Assembly (NCBI RefSeq): GCF_006345805.1 | Contig: NC_043000.1 | Location: 70,804,001 to 70,868,000 of the forward strand | Length of the DNA stretch: 64,000 nucleotides | Origin: Octopus sinensis | Lineage: Eukaryota | Direction: 5' to 3' | Part shown: positions 50,884 through 62,252 of the stretch, piece by piece | Numbering within the stretch: position 1 is the first letter of the stretch | How the letters are laid out: the number at the start of each line of letters is the position of its first letter | The notes under the pieces: model-generated | The model's database searches: none | Told to the model about the DNA's origin: nothing | The model's input: the letters and a program-made list of their open reading frames with translations, nothing else | Translations under genes and position numbers: made by a program

Positions 50884-52423
50884 TTTGGGAGACACATGCA
50901 CACACACACACACTATATGTAGTTGATACTAAAAGAAAATGTTAAACATTCCCACAACACCTAAATTGGAACTTGGACTGAATGCTTTGTCTTGGCAATA
51001 GAATAAAAGAAATTGTGTAAATTCAAAATTATTCCTTACTCGCTTTCTCATTTATTCTTCCTATCTTCCTGCCAGGAATATACTGCTTGAATATAATTGA
51101 CTACTGTTCCATTACTCTACTGATAAAATACAAGATAAAATAACAGGCTGTTTACAGATTGAGAATATGAAATATTAAATGTTTATGTAATATAAAATTT
51201 TTACTCACTTGCTTATAATAATTTGAAGAAGAAAAAAATCTTCATATGCTTTCACCCTTACATGAAAAATAGATGAACCAAAGATCAAACTGTTTATTCA
51301 GGTTTTGTTTTTTAACTTTGAATTTATAGAGGAAGACAAATGGAATGTAGTGATCTACATGTCTTTCCATAAGTGAAATAAAATGGTTTTAAAAGATCTA
51401 ATTGCAGGGTTCACCAGGTGCTAACTTCTACTTAACAGCACTCATCACATTTTAAGAAGATCCTATTTCGAATTAGATTTAGTATTTACTAAATCATAAA
51501 TCATGACAAGCATCATGATACTAGTTGTACAAGAAAACCATTTATATCACTGTCACATTTTCTTAATGATAAATGAAAGAAAAAAAATCTTGTCAGCTAG
51601 CTAAGAAAGTAGTATTAAAGACTGATTTGTATTAAAAACTAAAAATGACAGCACGAAGGAGCAATCAAAGTTATCCAAAGCAGAAGAGCAAAGTGAAAAA
51701 TGAATGAAAATAGGTATTGGTGGTAAAGTGTAACTGTGTAAATATAAGTGAAGGAACATATTCTTCCAGAAGAGCACCAAGTAAAGACTTATTCACAAGT
51801 GGTGGAAAATAGATGTACTCAAAGTACAATCAGTCACATAGAATCTTTTAAGAAAATAGCTATCTTCAACCCAGCACACAAACAGTATTGTAATCAACAT
51901 TCCAACTGCTCTGGTGTGTATATAGGTAGTTAGGGTAAATGCAGGCGGTTTCCTCTTGAAGCACATCTGCTTATTCTATTGTTGCAATCAAAATGTATCC
52001 ATAATTACTGTTGTATGTTAAAATATAAAAATTGAGAATTGCTGAAATATTATTTGCAGAGTTATTGTATAATAAACAGGAAAATAAAAATTTTTGGTAT
52101 TATTTATTCTCCATTACATGCGTTTCATTTACTAATAAGAATTATAAAGATTTACATGTTAGATAGATATGCAAGGAATTTCTAATAGGAAATTCCTGCT
52201 CTTTTTTGGGGGTTACATGCACATACACTAAATGTAGTTGATACCGAAGAAAATGTTAAACATTCCCACAACACCTAAATTGGAACCTGGACTGAATTCT
52301 TTGTCTTGGCAGTAAAAGAAAACAAATGTGTAAATTCAAAATTATTCCTTACTCATTGCTTTCTCATTCATTCTTCCTATCTTCTTGACTGGAATATGCT
52401 GCTTGAATATGATTGATTACTGT
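50884..52423 (+). repeat. About 220-bp direct repeat pair (50884-51105 and 52204-52423)
   Basis: agaaaatgttaaacattcccacaacacctaaattggaac...gtgtaaattcaaaattattccttactc is shared. About 85% identity by eye. Confidence 0.88.
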
Positions 52424-52530
52424 ATACATAACATGTAAATCTTTGTAATGTTGGCTAATTCCTATGAGCAAATGGAACACATGTAATGGAGAATAAATAA
52501 CAAAAAAATTTCTATTTTCCAGTTTTGTTT

Positions 52531-52532
<2 letters not shown>

Positions 52533-52598
<66 letters not shown>
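52533..52598. repeat. (CA)n microsatellite
   Basis: Directly visible. Confidence 0.97.
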
Positions 52599-52599
<1 letters not shown>

Positions 52600-54017
52600 G
52601 AAATAATTTTTGTCTCTTTTTATGGAGACAAAATGGTTTATAAGACTGCAAAAAAAAGTGCTCAAATGTGATTGAGACAGAGATGAAAAACATTGATCAG
52701 AGAACAGACATCAAATTCGAGTCAATTATAACAAAACTTGGACAATCCAATTTTTTAATCTATTGTCAACTTGAAATGTTTTCTCTAGCCAAAATATGCT
52801 AGAATAAAATGATGTAATTATTAAACTGAAAATGATAGAGACTAAACTACTACCTCAAGTACTGAGGACTTTCAGGGAATAAAATAAAGAAAGCAGTTAT
52901 AATAAATAGATGTAATACATAAATGATTTTAAGCCTTTAAGCCTTATTGATGAAGTAACTGTTTCATTATTAAGGTTTTTATTCAAGAGCAATGAAAAGG
53001 CTAAGGATTGACAGAAAGAGTTCAGTTCATACAGGATGGTGCTAAAGTTAGAGTTTAAATTAGAAGTTAAATTAGTACACAAGTTGCTAGCCACAAAAAT
53101 ACATCTCCATTCTAATTCCCTAGATTTCAATTTTGAATGATGTCCTTGGAAATATTTGAATGCTAAAGACTCAATTTTCTGTTAAATTGTTTCAGATTAA
53201 AATATAAGTTATTTGTACAGAGTAGTATCTACAGGAAAGTACAATATGGAAGGAATAAAATATTATGTAACTAGGTCCACAAAAGTTGCTGTGGATATTC
53301 TAATAGGAAATAAGTGTTATTGCAACACAAAACAAGAGCAGAAAAATGAAAAACACTTTGCAGTCTAGTGACATAAACTAGCAGAGGAAATGGAACCAGT
53401 AATAAAATTTTGAGTAAGGAAAAGAGCATTTGCAAACAGTAAGAAAATAAAGGTATTTCTTACAATGTAAATAATAAACTATATAATGTGCATGTACTAA
53501 GTACGATGATATATAGCAGATTAATGTAGACAGTGAATTGATACTTATAACAATTGCAAGGACCAAGTTGAGTATGGTTGATTTGATGTGTAATATTACA
53601 GAATGGACTTGAGAAAGCTTGATACTAAAATTATTGGAAACTGGTAGAAACACATAATGCCAATGAATGATACTTGGTAGATAAAATAGATCATGGTGGA
53701 ATGTTGGCAGGACAAAAACAGATTTGAAAAGGTAATTAGCACAGACTTTAAAACATTGGATAATAAGCATAACATGATACTTTATTACAAACCTCTCTAT
53801 CTCTCATACTAGCATAAAGAATAAAGAGATAATGATAATTGGTAGAAAAGATCTGTTTATAACTATAACATACTATTTGTAACCTAGATTTGAAATAGGA
53901 GTCCACTATTACTACTTCACTTTTCAATATTTCCTTTATTTTCATTATGGAATGTAAAATTCAAATTATAAAATCCTTTTTAAAATTTGCATGTTTTAAA
54001 AATTTAATGTTAGTAAG

Positions 54018-54775
54018 CAAGGATCGGCTGAAAAGTGCATAGGCTGATTATGAAGGAGTGATGCAAGCACTGCGATATATTGCATGGATTAATTTCAACT
54101 CCTCTTATTAATAACTGCATTGTTTCTTTACAGGTAAACAGACATCTGACTATTCAAAGAAGGCTTCAAAAGTAATTAGCAGCAACTTCTCTTGAAAATG
54201 AGCAAAATTTGGCATCATGGTGTTATCAAGTACCAGAGACAATCTACACAGAGGAAACACCTCTCCTTACTTGCTCCAAAGAAGGCCAAAATAGTTTCAG
54301 GAAAGGTGATGACCACAGTGTTTTGGGAAGCAAAAGGTATTGTGTTTATTGACTATCTTCAAAAGCACCACACTGTCAATAAAGAATAAGCCAACTTGCT
54401 GAGGCAGTTATGGAAAGCTATCAATGGTCAGGAAAAATTACGAAAGGGGTCTTGTTTCAAGGTCCAGCACACAAGACCTTGCTTTCAATGGCTGTTGTGC
54501 ATGACTGTGGCTTTGAACTGGTTGATCACCCACCCTATTCTCCTGATTTGGCCCTATCTGAATATCATCTATTCCCCAACATGAAAAGAAATTTGGCTGG
54601 GAACTAGTATCACAGTGATGATGATGTCATATTTGCTGTTCAGGACTTTTGTGAGCAACAAGATGAAAAATTCTTCACCAATGGGATTCAAGTGTTGTAA
54701 CACAAATGGAAGAAACAAACCTCAGTCACATTCCATGTGAGTATCTTGGCCAGCCTATGAACATTTCAGCTGTTG
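54018..54775 (+). mobile_element. Internally deleted mariner with both TIRs
   Basis: TIR ggctgaaaagtgcataggctg / cagcctatgaacatttcagc. GKVMTTVFWE and HPPYSPDLALSEYHLFP motifs. Same family as 9410-10025. Confidence 0.85.
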
Positions 54776-55334
54776 AAAGATAAAGTTGATAAAATAAGTA
54801 CCAATAATCTAAATGAAGTGCAAGGGATAATATCTATATCATACAAAATAAAAGTATTTCAAATAAAATGAATATGTAAAACCATTTGCTATAAGACAAC
54901 CATGCAAAATATAGATAAGTTGAATTCTTCAGTAATATTTTATATTTGTATGCATTCTATGTATTTACAGTATATTGTTTACTGTAACATGTAATTTTCT
55001 TCAAATGATTTTTTCTTTTAGATTTTATATTACCAAAAAACCTCCATTAATGACTTAGAATTAAAGAAAGCAATGAAGTAAATGATTAAACAGTTTCAAT
55101 AAATAATGTATGGAAGACAAAAACTTAAAAGGTTAAAAAGAACAAGTTTTATCAGTCACAGTATTTTACAAGGTGTCTCCAAATGTCTCTAGAATTTAAA
55201 TGATATATAAAAATTTTTAAAAGATGTAGCAACAAGAAATAAATCAGGATCCTCATAATTATGTCACTATTTGTGAAGCTTACAAGCAATTTGAAGTTCA
55301 ACTGATGAAATTTTTGAGAAATTTCATCCTATAT

Positions 55335-55336
<2 letters not shown>

Positions 55337-55385
<49 letters not shown>
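55337..55385. repeat. (GA)n microsatellite
   Basis: Directly visible. Confidence 0.97.
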
Positions 55386-55387
<2 letters not shown>

Positions 55388-55816
55388 ATCCAGATCGCAT
55401 GTTATTCCTTTCTTGTGTTGAATCAGCTGTTTTAACCTCAAGAAAGTCTTTAGATAACATTGTATCACTGACCTCTATATTTTTGACAATAATGGCTCAT
55501 TTTGAAAACAAAACAAACTCATATTGACATCGTACTTGAAATATATATACCCTTTAAGTGTATGTACAGGAAAAGGGAGAGAGAGAGAGAGAGAGTGAAG
55601 TGAGTGACAATAATGACTGTTCACATTGTAACAAGTATTTGCTGACTGTTTTTTTGCAATCTCAGACACTTTGAGGATCATGTCTATCTTAAGAAACATT
55701 ATAAGCAGGAGGATTAACAAAAAAAGAAAAAATTCAGTTGTTGAAAGAAAAGCTAAGGTGACAGCAAGCAGTGATAGTGTCAGTCAGTAAATAGTCAACA
55801 ATATATATATAGACGT

Positions 55817-58014
55817 CGGACATAGAAGGTAGCTGGAAATTCCTACGGGACAGCTTGCTGGGTGCCACAGACCAAGTCTGTGGATGGTGCAAAGTACCTT
55901 CCAGACCTAGAGTTACATGGTGGTGGAATAGTACAGTAGACAAAGCCATTAGTGCAAAGAAACAGGCCTGGAAAGCCTGGAGGGATGGAAGTAGCAGGGA
56001 ACTGTACCAGGTAGCCAAAAGGGAGGCTGGGCGGCAGGTATACATAGCCAAAGATGTAGCAGAAAAGAAGAAGTTTACCAATGTCCAGCGACGTGAGGAC
56101 CAAAGAACTGAGGTATTTCGAATTGCTAGACAGTGTGTGAGAGAAAATAGTGATGTTACAGGAGAGAAATGTGTCCGCATGGATGATGGTGCACTTGCTT
56201 TTAATGATGGTGAAAAGAAAGAGGCTTGGAAAAGCCATTATAAAAGACTGCTGAATGTGGAGAATGAATGGGAGGAGGAGAGCCTGCCAAATGTTGACCC
56301 AGTATAGGGACCAGCTATCCGAATAGAGAGCTCCCTTGTAGTTAAGGCAATTAAGGGTATGAAACCAGGTAAAGCCCCCGGCCCATCGGGAATCACTGCT
56401 GAGATGCTTAAGACAGCTGGTTGTGTGGGCTATGGCCTAGTCACCCGTATTGTTAACCAGGTAGTTCATAATGGTGTCATACCCAATGTCTGGCGTAGCA
56501 GCACCATAGTCAATTGCTACAAGGGTAAAAGTGATGCTCTTGATAGAAATAACTACAGGGGTATTAAACTGTTGGATTAGGTGATGAAGGTCACAACCCA
56601 TCTCATTAGAGAGAGAATTTGCTTAGATGAGATGCAGTTCGGTTTTGTGCTGGGTAGAAGCACCACTGATGCTATATTCCTGGTCCGACAACTGCAAGAG
56701 AAATACCTAGCTAAAGATAAACCCCTTTACATAGCTTTTGTGGACTTGGAGAAAGCCTTTCTGGTGGTCGATGCGGAAACTGGATATTGACGAATGGCTA
56801 ATAAGGGCTGTACAGGCCCTATACAGAGAGGCTGTCAGCAAGGTTAGGATTGGCAACGAATATAGTGAAGAATTCCAGGTAGAAGTAGGTGTACACCAAG
56901 GTTCAGCCCTCAGTCTCCTTTTATTCATCATAGTCCTCCAGGCAATAACAGAGGAATTCAAAACAGATTGCCCCTGGGAGCTCCTCTATGCTGATGACCT
57001 GGCTCTCATAGCAGAATCACTACCAGAACTAGAAAAGAAATTTTGGGTGTGGAAGCAAGGGTTAGAATCAAAGGGCCTTAGAGTAAACGTAGCAAAGACC
57101 AAAGTTATAGTAAGCAGAAAGGCGAACTCAGCACACACACCCTCAGGCAGGTGGCCCTGTTCGATCCGTAGGAAAGGTGTAGGTAGAAACTCCATAAGAT
57201 GTACCCAGTGTAAGCTATGGACGCATAAGTGGTGCAGCAACATCAAAGGGAAATTAACTGACAAGATAGCTTTCATGTGCGGCAGATGCACAGGGACAAT
57301 AGACACCACAGATACTCAGAAAACAGATTCCATCACACTCCAGAAGTAGTTGATAGTTTCCGCTACCTGGGTGACCAGATTCCATCACACTCTAGAAGTA
57401 GTTGATAGTTTCCGCTACCTGGGTGACCAAGTTAGTAGTGGAGGTGGATGCTCAGAGAGTGTCACCACTAGAATACGAATAGCCTGGGCAAAGTTTAGAA
57501 AGCTCCTACCCCTACAGGCGACAAAGGGTCTCTCGCTCAGAGTGAAAGGTAGATTGTATGATGCATGTGTGCGAACTGCCATGCTTCACGGTGGTGAAAC
57601 ATGGGCTGTGACTGCAGAGGACATGCGTAGACTTGAAAGAAATGAAGCTAACATGATCCGCTGGATATGTAATGTCAGTGTGCACGCACGACAGAGTGTA
57701 AGCACCCTGAGAGAAATGCTGGACATAAGAAGCATCAGATGTGGTGTGCAAGAGCGACGCTTGTGATAGTATGGTGATGTACTGGGGATGGATGAGGAGA
57801 GATGTGTGAAGAAGTGCCGCTCCCAAACAGTTGAAGGTATCAGGGGGAGAGGTAGACCCAGGAAGACATGGGATGAGGTAGTCAAGCATGACCTCAGAGC
57901 GTTGGGCCTCACAGAGGCAATGATGAAGGACTGAGATCTCTGGAGATATGCTGTGACTGCAAAGACCCGGGCTGCTTCCTGCACCAGTCCCGCATAGCTC
58001 CTGCCCATTCAAAG
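55817..58014 (+). mobile_element. RTE-clade LINE, second copy, frameshifted and lacking its tail
   Basis: Same family as 5454-7972: GKAPGPSG, QFGF, GVHQGS and LYADD motifs. Multiple frameshifts. A 52-bp tandem duplication at 57324-57429. Confidence 0.93.
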
Positions 58015-58285
58015 TGCACCATGCCACACAAGCAAGAGAACCCAGTCGAGGCTGTCAGACAATTTCTGCAACTACATCACCTCTAACATCTGGCTGCCTA
58101 ACTCCCCACACTGTAACCCCCTTGATTATTATGTGTGAGGCACAATTGAGTGAGAGACCAACAAAACTCCTTGTAACACCAATGATGATCTTAAGGCAAG
58201 GAATATGGCAGCATTCACCAACTTAAACAAGGAGACCTTCCAGAAGTGTTGCAGGAGATTCCAAAGTCATCTGGTGGCCATGGTG
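58015..58285 (+). mobile_element. Tc1/mariner (maT/DD37D-like) transposase, 3' half
   Basis: APCHTSKRTQSRLSDNF...WLPNSPHCNPLDYYV...CRRFQSHLVAMV. Confidence 0.75.
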
Positions 58286-60370
58286 AATTGTATGTTGCTA
58301 TTAATATTGTTAAGCATTACTTTTGAAATCGAGGAGTTTGTCCATGCTGTCTATCCAAAGTATAAAGCAATCATCCAAATACCTCTTCCAGTTCTCCTTT
58401 AAATAGCAATGAAATGAGGCGCCATATTTTTGTAGTGATGATTGATATATTTTAAGCTCTAGGTAATCCATTACAAGGTTCGCAATCACTGGAGCAGCTC
58501 AGGTTCCCATTGCAATTCCACATTTTTGTTTATAGTAAACAGTATCAAACATGAAATAGTTGTTCAGTAGGATGATTTTTAAAATGCTTTGATTATGAAT
58601 CTGTTGTTAATGTCTTGGGATCTCTTCTGGGTATTTTTCTAGCCAGAAGGCGATCGCTTATATACCATAATTGTGTGGGATATTGGTGTACAGATTCACC
58701 ACATTGAATGATACTAACAGGATTCCTTCATTTATTGTCTCCAGGAGGTGGTTCAACATGTCTAAGTCATCCCTGATGAAGTTTTTCACATATTTTAGAA
58801 ACGGTTTGAGTAAGATGTTGAGGAAGTTGCTCAAACAGTGGGTTTCACAAGCAGGGCCAGTAATGATGGGTCTCAGTTTGAGGTCAGTAGAGGGAGGAAC
58901 ATTAATGCACAGGCTTAGAGAAACTTTGCAAGCTTTACAAATATGTAGATTTTTGTTTATTTTAGGTAATCTGTAGAATAGACTAGGTCTGTATTTAAAA
59001 TTGTATAAATAGTCTATTTCATGTTTAGTGAGGCCCTTTCCATGTATTTGAAGTAAGGCGGATAAGTTTTTTAAGTGTCTTCCGTGGGTTGTATTGTACT
59101 ATCTTCTCATAGTAAATATTATTTTCCAACATGGAGAGTATTAAATTTTTGTAGTACTCTGTGTCCATCACCACTACCACACTTCCTTTGTCGGCTTTAA
59201 TAGTGAGGTTTATATAATTTTTCCACTCGATTAGGTCTTTCCATTCATTTACATTAAGGTTGGATTTAATTCGTTGTTTTTGTAGGGTATTAAAAGGAAA
59301 ACTGGTAATGTGTTCGCAAAAAGCATCAAGTGCTTTATTTTTGCCTTTTGTAGGACAGTATTCACTTTTGTTTTTTACTATTGAGTCATCTTCGCTGGTA
59401 TAGTTGTGAAGTGCTTCTGTGAGGCGTAATTTTTGGCAGAAATCCATAGTGTTGTCCTTAATTTCATTCGGATTCGATCTGCGGGGAGGTTGGAGTAAAT
59501 TTTAAACCTCTTGCTACAATTTTAGTTTGTGTAATACTTAGGATTTTCTTTGATAAGTTGATTATTTTCAGTTGTTCTTGTACATTTTGTTCCATTTCAC
59601 ATCTCTGTTTCTCTGATTTAGGTCTAAAAAATGGTTGTAGTAGTTGGATTGTTGTGGAAAGTCTGTATTGTGTTTGATTTGCTGAGGAAAAAATGGGTGT
59701 AAATTGTGTCTGTGGTAGTATGTTTGTGGTGGAGTGACTGTGTAGTGGACTAGATTATGGTTGTACTGAGGGTTGTTATATTGTCTATGGTTGATGTGGT
59801 TTGGATTAAATTTATTTTTAATATTGTAATATGTGTGGAAGGAGAAGTTAGGTTGTGTCTAGACAACTGACTGAAGTAACCATGTTGAGGGTTAAGTCTC
59901 CGAGGTAAATTCTTCTATTGATTGTGAGATGATGGGGTGGGGTAGATTGGTAGGTATTATTTCCCAAAAGTTTAGGTCAATCTGGAGGTTTCGACAGAAT
60001 CTTTAATTTGTATTTAGGATGCCTTGAGGATTATGTCCAGATTTTCTATTGTGGGCTGAATTCCTGATTGTTTGAAAGTTATTTTGGAGTGTAAAGGTAA
60101 GGTCAATTGAGCTGTGTCCCCTAGATCGTCTGTGGTTTGTGTTAGATAAGCATGGGGGTAATTTCTGTTTATGTTGCTGGTTTATTTTTCTTCAGGAAGG
60201 GGTTATCCGATGCATTTTCTATGTTGACCTGCGTTTCGTAGTTAATAAAGAAATTGGCTTGTCTTTCCCAGCATTGTAGGGAGTTGTTCTCTTCAGCTTC
60301 GCAAGTTGTTTTCCACAGTTTATAAACACTTTCCAAGCATTGACCATCTGAATGTTTCTTTAATTCGTTG
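58278..60370 (-). mobile_element. Penelope-like element RT remnant, truncated after the catalytic motif
   Basis: RGLKFTPT, IKADKG, LRPIITGP, SFNVVNLYTNIPH and WKRYLDDCF motifs. Frameshifts. No GIY-YIG domain seen. Confidence 0.88.
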
Positions 60371-60379
60371 TAGATCTCC

Positions 60380-60391
60380 TCATCTATCTAT

Positions 60392-60423
<32 letters not shown>

Positions 60424-60506
60424 ATATATATATATATACACACACACATGTATATATTGTTGACTAATATATATGTATATATACTCACACATGTACGTAT
60501 TGTTGA

Positions 60507-60544
<38 letters not shown>

Positions 60545-60570
60545 CACACACATTTATATTTTGTTGACTA

Positions 60571-60603
<33 letters not shown>

Positions 60604-60660
60604 TGTATATATTGTTGACTAATATATATATATATATATATACACACACACCCTATATAC
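60380..60660. repeat. Compound minisatellite: four TTGTTGACTAAT units separated by (TA)n(CA)n
   Basis: Units start at 60457, 60500, 60561 and 60612. Confidence 0.9.
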
Positions 60661-60840
60661 ACATAGGGTCTTCCAGCAGCCACCCTCTTGACCCAGGGCA
60701 GCACTACCTCCTTCAGGTACTTGATGTTGAGTCTGAGGCTGAGTGGGAAGATGAATGGAGGCATAACATTACCATCACTAGTGATCACTCCAAACACCAT
60801 GATGTTAACTGGATGTTTGATTTTTATCACTCTCTTCAAA
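60661..60840 (-). mobile_element. Tc1/mariner (maT/DD37D-like) transposase, middle part
   Basis: VIKIKHPVNIMVFGVITSDGNVMPPFIFP...EVVLPWVKRVAAGRPYV. Confidence 0.75.
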
Positions 60841-61369
60841 TTGATTGTCTTTAGATTGACACCCTACTATACTGTGTCGTCAACAAAATCAAAAACAAAC
60901 AATATGCATGTGTGAAATTAAAAATATAAAATGGCAACACTCTACCCATCCCACCATGTATAACGAGTACTTCAACACTGGACAATCTGCTTTCACTATT
61001 GGTACCTGTTCACATCAAAGTATCAGCCACTTTCATTACATCTAATAGCACATCATTAATTTCCAAAATGTATATTCATTAGCAATCTTAAAAACTTTGA
61101 GATTTAAGAAACAAATGGTTATATAAGACCAAAAATACAAAATATTCTTTTTCATATTTCACTTATAGTCGTCAAGCACTTTAAGAGATAAGTGATTTTA
61201 AAAAGAAAACTTAGTCAACACACACTAGACAGCATGGAGGGAAAATAAGTACATCAGTATTGTAATCATAAGTTAATAGCCTGAAGATTAAGGAAGAACA
61301 TACTAAGAGCTCTGAACAAAGAAAAATTGTGTTAATATACTTTGTTAAAGGAGATATCTTTTAACTTAC

Positions 61370-61720
61370 TTGTTTTAGTAATCAGTAAGTGGCTATGCTG
61401 GAGCACCGCCTTGAAGAATTTTTACTCAAATGAATCAATCCCAATACTTTCGGTCTCTCTTGCTGAACTGCTAAGTTACAGGGACGTAAACAAACCAATG
61501 CTGGTTGTCAAGCAGTGGTGGGGGACAAATACAGACACAAAGACACACACACACACATATATACAATGAGTTTCTTTCAGTTTCCATCTACCAAATCCAC
61601 TCACAAGGCTTTGGTCAACCTAAGGTTGTAGTAGAAGATACTTGTCCAAGGTGACAAACAGTGGGACTGAAACTAGAACCATGTGATTGAGAAGCAAACT
61701 TATCACACGGCTATGCCTGT
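61370..61720 (-). mobile_element. tRNA-derived SINE, degenerate full-length copy
   Basis: Reverse complement aligns with 38608-39010. Confidence 0.85.
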
Positions 61721-62195
61721 GACAGTATCCAATTTCCAATCACTAGTGCCACTCTAATCACTCTTTCCACCCATGAATGCTGGCTTCAGGAATTGTCTCT
61801 CTAGCTATGTTTTCCTTACTGGTTTTGGAGAGTTTATGAAAACCAATAAGAAATTCTTGAAATTTTTCTTCAGAGTAACATGAAAAAACTGGCATCCTCT
61901 GCATAAAAACAAATGAATTTTCTCTGAAAATCTGTATAACATTCTCCTCTAAGATCACAGGAAGGACAAACACATTTATCTCTTACACACACATGAATAC
62001 AAATACTAGCACTATCTAAACTCAATATAAAGGAGTTATGTTTTGTTAGTGACCAACCTTTCTGTTGCAAAGAGAAAAATCTAAATATTCAAGCCATATT
62101 GAATACACACATTTATATACATATAAAAAGAAATGTTAAATGAATATCTAAGAGCAAAGCAAATGTTTAAAAGTAAGTAAACATGCGACACTCAC

Positions 62196-62238
62196 CAAAC
62201 GATAATCCTTGTGCAAAGCAAGGCATATCTAACATCTA
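62196..62238 (-). CDS. Candidate distal alternative start exon of PFKFB: TAG-ATG...MLDMPCFAQGLSF + G (phase 1)
   Basis: Acceptor ttatttttatctctcttatcag, donor TTG|gtgagt, in-frame ATG right after a stop, phase compatible with exon 14073. No homology support. Confidence 0.4.
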
Positions 62239-62252
62239 CTGATAAGAGAGAT

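Noticed and set aside
51203-51260. Minus-strand donor gtgagt as another PFKFB start exon
   Set aside because: An in-frame TAA lies just before the donor in phase 1, and there is no clear acceptor or ATG frame.
53378-53945. Minus-strand ORFs of 130 and 65 aa
   Set aside because: Low-complexity composition; the plus strand shows only faint similarity to an RTE C-terminus.
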